Shown here: positions 58,833 through 64,000 of the stretch, piece after piece
Numbering within the stretch: position 1 is the stretch's first letter
How the letters are laid out: every line of letters starts with the position of its first letter
Assembly: GCA_041744215.1 (NCBI GenBank)
Contig: JBGTLG010000006.1
Span: 64,001-128,000 of the forward strand
Origin: Fimbriimonadales bacterium
Lineage (GTDB): Bacteria > Armatimonadota > Fimbriimonadia > Fimbriimonadales > ATM1
DNA: 64,000 bases
Reading direction: 5' to 3'
Program-made: the position numbers and the translations under genes
Notes under the pieces: generated by a model
What the model saw: only the letters and a program-made list of their open reading frames with translations
Told to the model about the DNA's origin: nothing
Database searches by the model: none

Positions 58833-60011
58833 CTACGCAGCGGATCGGAGTGTTGGCGGTAGGAGGTCGGGGGTAAGCGTCGTCATAGACTTCGTTGCCA
58901 GCACGACTGCGCGCTCAATCACGTTCTCCAGCTCCCGGACATTTCCTGGCCACCGGTGAGCTTGCAGCATTTTTAAAGCGCTTTCGTCGAGGTCGATCAA
59001 GCTGCTGCCGTTCGCCTCAGCGAATCGCGCCAAGAACAGCCTTGCCAGCGGCTCAATGTCCTCTGTTCGCTCTCTCAGTGGAGGCAGCTCAAGGCGGATG
59101 ACTTCGAGCCGATACAGAAGGTCCTGGCGGAATCGTCCCTCGTCGACCGCTCGAGCCAGGTCGCGGTTTGTTGCTGCGATCAAGCGCACATCAACCTTGG
59201 TCGGCGTGGTTGCGCCGAGCCTCTCAAACTCGCGCTCCTGGAGAACCCGCAGTAGCTTGACCTGGAGGGCTGGCGGCAACTCTCCAATCTCGTCGAGGAA
59301 CAGGGTGCCGCCGTCCGCTGCCTCGAAACGGCCCATGCGAGCGGAGTCCGCGCCAGTAAATGCGCCCTTCTCGTGTCCAAACAGCTCGCTCTCAAGCAAT
59401 GTCTCGGGAATAGCAGCGCAGTTGATCGCAACGAACGGAGCCGTAGCTCGGCCACTCAGCCGATGAACGGATTTCGCAACCACTTCTTTGCCCGTTCCAC
59501 TCTCACCAGTGATCAAAACGGACGCTCGCGAATCCGCTACTTTCTGTACGAAGTCGTACACTTCCGCCATCTTTTCTGATGCGTATACAACCCCGTCTAA
59601 TGCGGACTTTGAGGGTGACTTTGCCGGCTTGGCCTTGTCGGCCGACGCCTTGAGCCAAAAGCCGACGACCTTCTTTAGATGCTCCAAGTCGAATGGCTTC
59701 GTGATGTAATCTGCCGCACCGAGCCGCATGGCCTCTACTGCCTGTGGGATCGTGCCGAACGCCGTCATGATGAGGACGGGCGTGCTCGGGCTCGATTCTT
59801 TGATCTTTTCAAGCAGATCCACTCCCGAAATCCCTGGCATAAACACATCGGTGAGCACGACGTCGAAAGCGTCGCTGGAGAACTTCTCGAGTGCCTGCTC
59901 ACCCGAGTCGGCCGTGGCGGTGAACACTCCCGCTCGATCGAAAGCGGCCTGCAGGATCTTCCGAATGTTCGGCTCGTCGTCGACGATGAGAATTCGTGCT
60001 TTCCGTTTCAT
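58833..60011 (-). CDS. sigma54-dependent response regulator, apparently lacking the C-terminal Fis HTH
   Basis: REC domain, [22 protein letters not shown]; ends soon after the AAA+ domain. Confidence 0.93.
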   Translation of the reverse strand: MKRKARILIVDDEPNIRKILQAAFDRAGVFTATADSGEQALEKFSSDAFDVVLTDVFMPGISGVDLLEKIKESSPSTPVLIMTAFGTIPQAVEAMRLGAADYITKPFDLEHLKKVVGFWLKASADKAKPAKSPSKSALDGVVYASEKMAEVYDFVQKVADSRASVLITGESGTGKEVVAKSVHRLSGRATAPFVAINCAAIPETLLESELFGHEKGAFTGADSARMGRFEAADGGTLFLDEIGELPPALQVKLLRVLQEREFERLGATTPTKVDVRLIAATNRDLARAVDEGRFRQDLLYRLEVIRLELPPLRERTEDIEPLARLFLARFAEANGSSLIDLDESALKMLQAHRWPGNVRELENVIERAVVLATKSMTTLTPDLLPPTLRSAA

Positions 60012-61540
60012 GATTGAGACCGTGTCGGAAGCCGAAGCGCAAAAGTGGATCCCGCGCCCAACTGCGACTCCACTGTTACTGTTCCACCGTGGGCAGCTAC
60101 CACTCGCTGGACATTGCAGAGCCCCAAGCCCGTACCTCTGCTCTTCGTCGTGAAGAACGGCGTGAAAAGCCGCGCCAGGTTGTCTTCCGATATTCCAATT
60201 CCCTGATCTGCCACCTCAATCTCCACGTACTTCTTGCGGGCTTCCACGCGAACCAACACTTTCCCGCCGTTCGGCATCGCTTCGACCGCGTTCTTGAACA
60301 GGTTCCTTAGGGCTTGCCCGAGCTTGAAGCCGTCCGCCAAAATCGGCGTAGAGACGCCCGAGCCGGTGAATTGCGCGGTCACCTTCGCTTTCGTCATCTC
60401 GCCCTTCATTTGAGCCAACAGGTCTCGAACCAACCGTTCGATGTCCACCTCTCCAAGGTTGAGTGCGACATTTCGTGCGAAGTCCAGGAAGGCGTCGCAA
60501 AGCTCATTGAGTTCGAGCGCCTCCTGCTCCACGATTTTCGCCCAGTTCCTGGCCCCGTCGACGCTTGGCTCGTCACGCATCATCTGTGCGGCTCCCCGGA
60601 TGCTGGTCAGCGGGTTCCTGATTTCGTGTGCGATCGCGGATGTCATCTGCCCGATCTCTGCGAGCGTCTTCGTGCGCTGAAGCTCCCGCTCCCGCTCGAC
60701 ATCGTGAGTCACATCCTCGATGACGAGCGTGACCCCATTCTGGGCGCCAGGGGTTGCCTTTACGAGCAAGTGCCGTCCGTCGGGCTCAGAAATCGCAACC
60801 CTCGATTCACGGCCTTCGGCTGCGCTTGCTAGACTGCGATCCACTTCGGCCCTCCCCTCGGGAGATAGCTTGCGCGCCAACTCCGGCCAGTCTCGCGGAG
60901 CCCTCTTGGAGTTCCGTCGCAGCAGCCGAAGCGCGCTGTCGTTGGCCTGCAGGATCCTGCCAGCGCGATCGAGAGCGACCACGCCCGATGGCAAACTTTC
61001 AAGAATTCGCTGATTCTGGTCGGCGAGCGACGCGTACCGCTCGGCGTCTGCGCGGTGCCTCGCGATCAGAGATGCGTTGTCTACTGCCAGCGCGAGGTGC
61101 CGCGCGATTGCCTCAGCCCGCTGAAGCTCGTGGTGCGTAAATGCCTCCCGTGCGCACAGTCGAAACACATTGAGAACTCCGACGGTCTCTGCCTCCAGAG
61201 TAATCAGGGGCACGATCATGGACGCCTCGATCGCTTCCTTGAGCGGGTGCGCACTTGCTTCGATGGGTCCCTTGTGGGAGCGTGGGATCCCGTCGGCGGC
61301 GGAGGCTCCAGCCAATCCACTCCCGATCGTGATCGCAGCGGACCATGGGAGCTTCGCTGACGTTCCAGCCTGTGCAGCCAGGACAAGTGTGTCGGTTCCT
61401 TCGATACGCAGGAACAGCGATACGCCGTCCGCTGAGAACGCGTCGCGACAATAGTCGGTGACCCGCACGAGATAGTCCTCAAGCGAGCCCTGGATGGAAA
61501 ACAGGGGCAGGAGTTCGGCGATCGATCCGCGAGACGGCAT
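60008..61540 (-). CDS. cytoplasmic GAF-PAS histidine kinase
   Basis: AHEIRNPL, N box, DQGIG, FFTTK..GTGLGL. Confidence 0.93.
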   Translation of the reverse strand: MPSRGSIAELLPLFSIQGSLEDYLVRVTDYCRDAFSADGVSLFLRIEGTDTLVLAAQAGTSAKLPWSAAITIGSGLAGASAADGIPRSHKGPIEASAHPLKEAIEASMIVPLITLEAETVGVLNVFRLCAREAFTHHELQRAEAIARHLALAVDNASLIARHRADAERYASLADQNQRILESLPSGVVALDRAGRILQANDSALRLLRRNSKRAPRDWPELARKLSPEGRAEVDRSLASAAEGRESRVAISEPDGRHLLVKATPGAQNGVTLVIEDVTHDVERERELQRTKTLAEIGQMTSAIAHEIRNPLTSIRGAAQMMRDEPSVDGARNWAKIVEQEALELNELCDAFLDFARNVALNLGEVDIERLVRDLLAQMKGEMTKAKVTAQFTGSGVSTPILADGFKLGQALRNLFKNAVEAMPNGGKVLVRVEARKKYVEIEVADQGIGISEDNLARLFTPFFTTKSRGTGLGLCNVQRVVAAHGGTVTVESQLGAGSTFALRLPTRSQS

Positions 61541-61551
61541 GCCGTCCTTAA

Positions 61552-61580
61552 TTATCGGCGGATGTCTCGGTCCACGCTTA
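61552..61580 (-). promoter_or_regulatory. sigma28-type promoter
   Basis: TAAG-N17-GCCGATAA just upstream of the kinase. Confidence 0.6.
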
Positions 61581-61949
61581 GTAGGCTTCGTGGAGCCCGA
61601 AGCCGTTCAATGCGGAGAATGTCTCGTCGAACCGCTGATTGACGACCGTGTCGAAGCTTTGGCTCTCGCCGCCCCGGACGCGCTGCGAGGACCGGTCGAA
61701 CGAGACGCTGTAGCTGTGATTATCGAAGCCCAGATAGACAAGGATTGCGCTCTGTAAGACGTCCTCGGCCGAAAGCAACCCAAACTGAGCATCCGGCATC
61801 CACTCCTCGCCTGCGTCCTTGAGAAGCACAACATATCCTTCGCAGGGAGCGGGTTTGAAGATTGCGATCCCGCGGTGAGCAGTCGCTGCGTCAAGCGGCA
61901 TCTCGGTTGGGAGTGCGAGTGCAGTAGCTGCGACGAGGACGGTAAGCAT
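61578..61949 (-). CDS. hypothetical secreted protein
   Basis: GAGG RBS, signal-like N-terminus. Confidence 0.5.
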   Translation of the reverse strand: MLTVLVAATALALPTEMPLDAATAHRGIAIFKPAPCEGYVVLLKDAGEEWMPDAQFGLLSAEDVLQSAILVYLGFDNHSYSVSFDRSSQRVRGGESQSFDTVVNQRFDETFSALNGFGLHEAY

Positions 61950-62093
61950 GTCTCTAACCTCTTAGACACTGCCAGTGTATCAAATCGTGCGCCAAAATGC
62001 CACCCCAGACGAAAAAAAGCCTCCACAAGGGACCAAATCCCGGGGGCGGAACGTCTACAGGGCAGATAGAATGCCTTCAGGAGGATCGTAAGG

Positions 62094-62588
62094 ATGCGAA
62101 AGTTTCTTGTTTTGGTCGTAGCAGCCGGGTTGGCGGGATCTGCCGTAGCGCAGTTTCCCTCAGTCGGCCTCACTGTTCGGGCCGGAGTGTTTTTCCCGAC
62201 CACGGCAGCCGCCTCGGCAGGCGCCGAGCGCTGGTATCAGGCGGGGGCTGAGTACGAGCTGTTCAAGCTGCGGCTCCCGGCGACCGACCTCGCGACTGCT
62301 TTGTCGCTGTCACTTGACACCTACGGCCGGGGCGGCTCTTCGAGCGTACCGCTCCTCGCGAACCTGTCCGTCAGGAGTGATCGAATTCGCTACAGCGCAG
62401 GTGTTGGCGCAAGCTTCGTAAGAAGATCGGGCTTCGAAAACCGGACACGCCTTGCTTACCAGGCATCGATTGGCTACGATGTCTTAAAGGGGCCTATGCC
62501 GGTGGTGATTGAAGCGAGGTACTTCGGAGTCGTTGACACGAGCAACTTCTTCGACGGCATCGCCCTCTCGATCGGTGTCCGGCTCTAA
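62094..62588 (+). CDS. small outer-membrane beta-barrel protein
   Basis: Signal peptide, G.F.P, IEARYF, ends GVRL; paralogous to 2136-2672. Confidence 0.75.
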   Translation: MRKFLVLVVAAGLAGSAVAQFPSVGLTVRAGVFFPTTAAASAGAERWYQAGAEYELFKLRLPATDLATALSLSLDTYGRGGSSSVPLLANLSVRSDRIRYSAGVGASFVRRSGFENRTRLAYQASIGYDVLKGPMPVVIEARYFGVVDTSNFFDGIALSIGVRL

Positions 62589-62633
62589 CAAAGCCGGAGA
62601 GACTCAAACCCGAACAATAACGGGGGTATCTCG

Positions 62634-62660
62634 GTGAACTTCCGCCGCTGCCCAGCGTAT
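62634..62660 (+). promoter_or_regulatory. autoregulatory ECF promoter GTGAACTT-N14-CGTAT
   Basis: Ends 6 nt before ATG 62667 (leaderless). Confidence 0.65.
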
Positions 62661-62666
62661 GCCCTT

Positions 62667-63314
62667 ATGGAGTCGCAATCGATGGATCTTTTCCTCGATA
62701 CGGCGCGCTTGACGCGCACAACCGCAGGGGACCCGGCTTTGGATGGCTCACTAATCAGCCGATGCAAGAATCGTGACGCCGAGGCCTTCTCGCTGATCGT
62801 CGACCGCTATCAATCGCGGGTGTTTGGCTTCGCGCGCCGAATGCTCCGCAGTAACGAGGACGCCGAAGACGTCACTCAAGAGGTGTTCGTTAGGGCGTTC
62901 GAGAATATGCACAGATTCGACGGCCGGGCGTCGCTGTCAACTTGGCTCTTCAAAATCGCGTCGAATCTCTGCATCGATAGGGCTCGAAGGAAGGGGCGAA
63001 GACCCGAGGAAGTGCCGCTCTTCTTTGGCAGTCCCGAAGTTAGCTCGCCCGGTCACTTCATCGACTTCCGCTCTGATCCGGAGGGATCGGTGGTAGCAGG
63101 AGAAATGGCTGAGACAATCGAGATCGCGATCGGGAAGCTATCCCCCAAACTTCGCGGCGTGCTGCTTCTCCACGATGTCGAGGAGCTTAGCTATGACGAG
63201 ATCTCACAGATTGTTGGAATTCCAGTAGGGACTGTAAAATCCCGACTGTTCCTCGCGCGCGGCCACCTGCAAAGCGCGCTCAAGGGATACATCGACGGGG
63301 AATCATGGCTATGA
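62667..63314 (+). CDS. ECF sigma factor (RpoE/SigW-like)
   Basis: DAEDVTQEVF, STWLFKIASNLCID, SYDEI..GTVKSRL. Confidence 0.93.
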   Translation: MESQSMDLFLDTARLTRTTAGDPALDGSLISRCKNRDAEAFSLIVDRYQSRVFGFARRMLRSNEDAEDVTQEVFVRAFENMHRFDGRASLSTWLFKIASNLCIDRARRKGRRPEEVPLFFGSPEVSSPGHFIDFRSDPEGSVVAGEMAETIEIAIGKLSPKLRGVLLLHDVEELSYDEISQIVGIPVGTVKSRLFLARGHLQSALKGYIDGESWL

Positions 63315-63787
63315 CAAGACAAGAATTGCGGATCAAGCTCGAAAGCGGCGGGGCGCTGACCCCGATGGAGTCGGCTCTCCTCGAAACTTACCTGGCCGAG
63401 GATTCTGAGGCTGGCGCCGCTTTGGCGTTGCGTGATCTCCCCGCTCCATCTCCAAGTCTCGCCTGGAGATCTCAGCTAAACGAGCGGATCGCAACCAGAG
63501 CTTCTCGCAGGTCAGCCTTCCGGCTGCGGTGGGGCCTGCCCATACTCGGCACGGCGTCAGTGGCCGCGACCGCTCTCGTCGCGCTTTACGCTTGGAAGCC
63601 GACGCAACCGGAGGTTGAGCCCAACATCACGAGCTACCTGTTCGAGTGGCACGAGGAAGCAGCCGCGGCCGTGATCCTCCCTGACGGAGGAACCGACTTG
63701 GAAGGCTTTTTGAGAAAGCCACGCACTCCGCACTCCGACGAGATTGATGAACTGCTTTACGGAAGGAGCATTATCGACACCCTATGA
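63305..63787 (+). CDS. putative single-TM anti-sigma factor
   Basis: Overlaps the sigma gene; helical N-terminus followed by a TM. Confidence 0.65.
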   Translation: MAMTRQELRIKLESGGALTPMESALLETYLAEDSEAGAALALRDLPAPSPSLAWRSQLNERIATRASRRSAFRLRWGLPILGTASVAATALVALYAWKPTQPEVEPNITSYLFEWHEEAAAAVILPDGGTDLEGFLRKPRTPHSDEIDELLYGRSIIDTL

Positions 63788-64000
63788 CGCGCTGGATCGG
63801 GATCCTCGTAGCCTCAGTGATTTTGGGCTCCGTTTACGCCCAACGGCCTGGCCCAGGTGCGCCTGAGCCACAGGGTCGAACCCCGCAGGACGGCCCTGGC
63901 CGCATCCTGCTATGGGTGATTGAGTCCGCTCCAAAGCAGCGGTTTAGCGGGCAGAGGACCGTGGAGCTGATCCTCGAAGGGCGTCCTGTCCAACTCGTCG
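63784..64000 (+). CDS. secreted protein, possibly RseB/MucB-like, 3'-partial
   Basis: ATGA overlap, signal peptide MTRWIGILVASVILGSVYAQ, third gene of the ECF operon. Confidence 0.5.
   Translation, partial: MTRWIGILVASVILGSVYAQRPGPGAPEPQGRTPQDGPGRILLWVIESAPKQRFSGQRTVELILEGRPVQLV

Noticed and set aside
1-64000. tRNA, rRNA, SRP, tmRNA or intact transposase genes
   Set aside because: No diagnostic motifs seen in the intergenic gaps by eye.

Overview
Chromosomal segment of a GC-rich diderm bacterium. It encodes beta-barrel OMPs and lipoproteins and has Terrabacteria-style gene order (ruvX-mltG-yqeG-aroE, whiG/fliA, a c-di-AMP riboswitch); Armatimonadota is my inference, not established. Most of it is housekeeping or envelope genes (dut, hflX, prmC, lpdA, panBC, msrA/B, lgt, mnmE, pstSCA, hisN, fur, an NtrBC-like pair, an ECF sigma/anti-sigma). 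Highlights: (1) An intact, stand-alone 7-gene phage head/neck module at 25.0-28.5 kb (Mu-like protease, cement, gpT capsid, two TM proteins, adaptor, closure). It lacks portal, terminase, tail, integrase and replication genes, so it is a candidate domesticated GTA-like or capsid system. (2) Three unannotated intergenic sRNA candidates with CCUCC/anti-SD loops and terminators. Each follows a GGAAC-N18-GT(T/C) ECF-type promoter that also precedes msrA and msrB. (3) A duplicated clan-CD-peptidase-like/PepSY-like cassette, interrupted by an exactly 50-bp-periodic stack of IS3-end-like units. (4) A c-di-AMP riboswitch upstream of an unknown 105-aa protein. (5) A Cc1/DUF5679-like small basic protein. 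All calls are by eye from sequence motifs; no searches were run.
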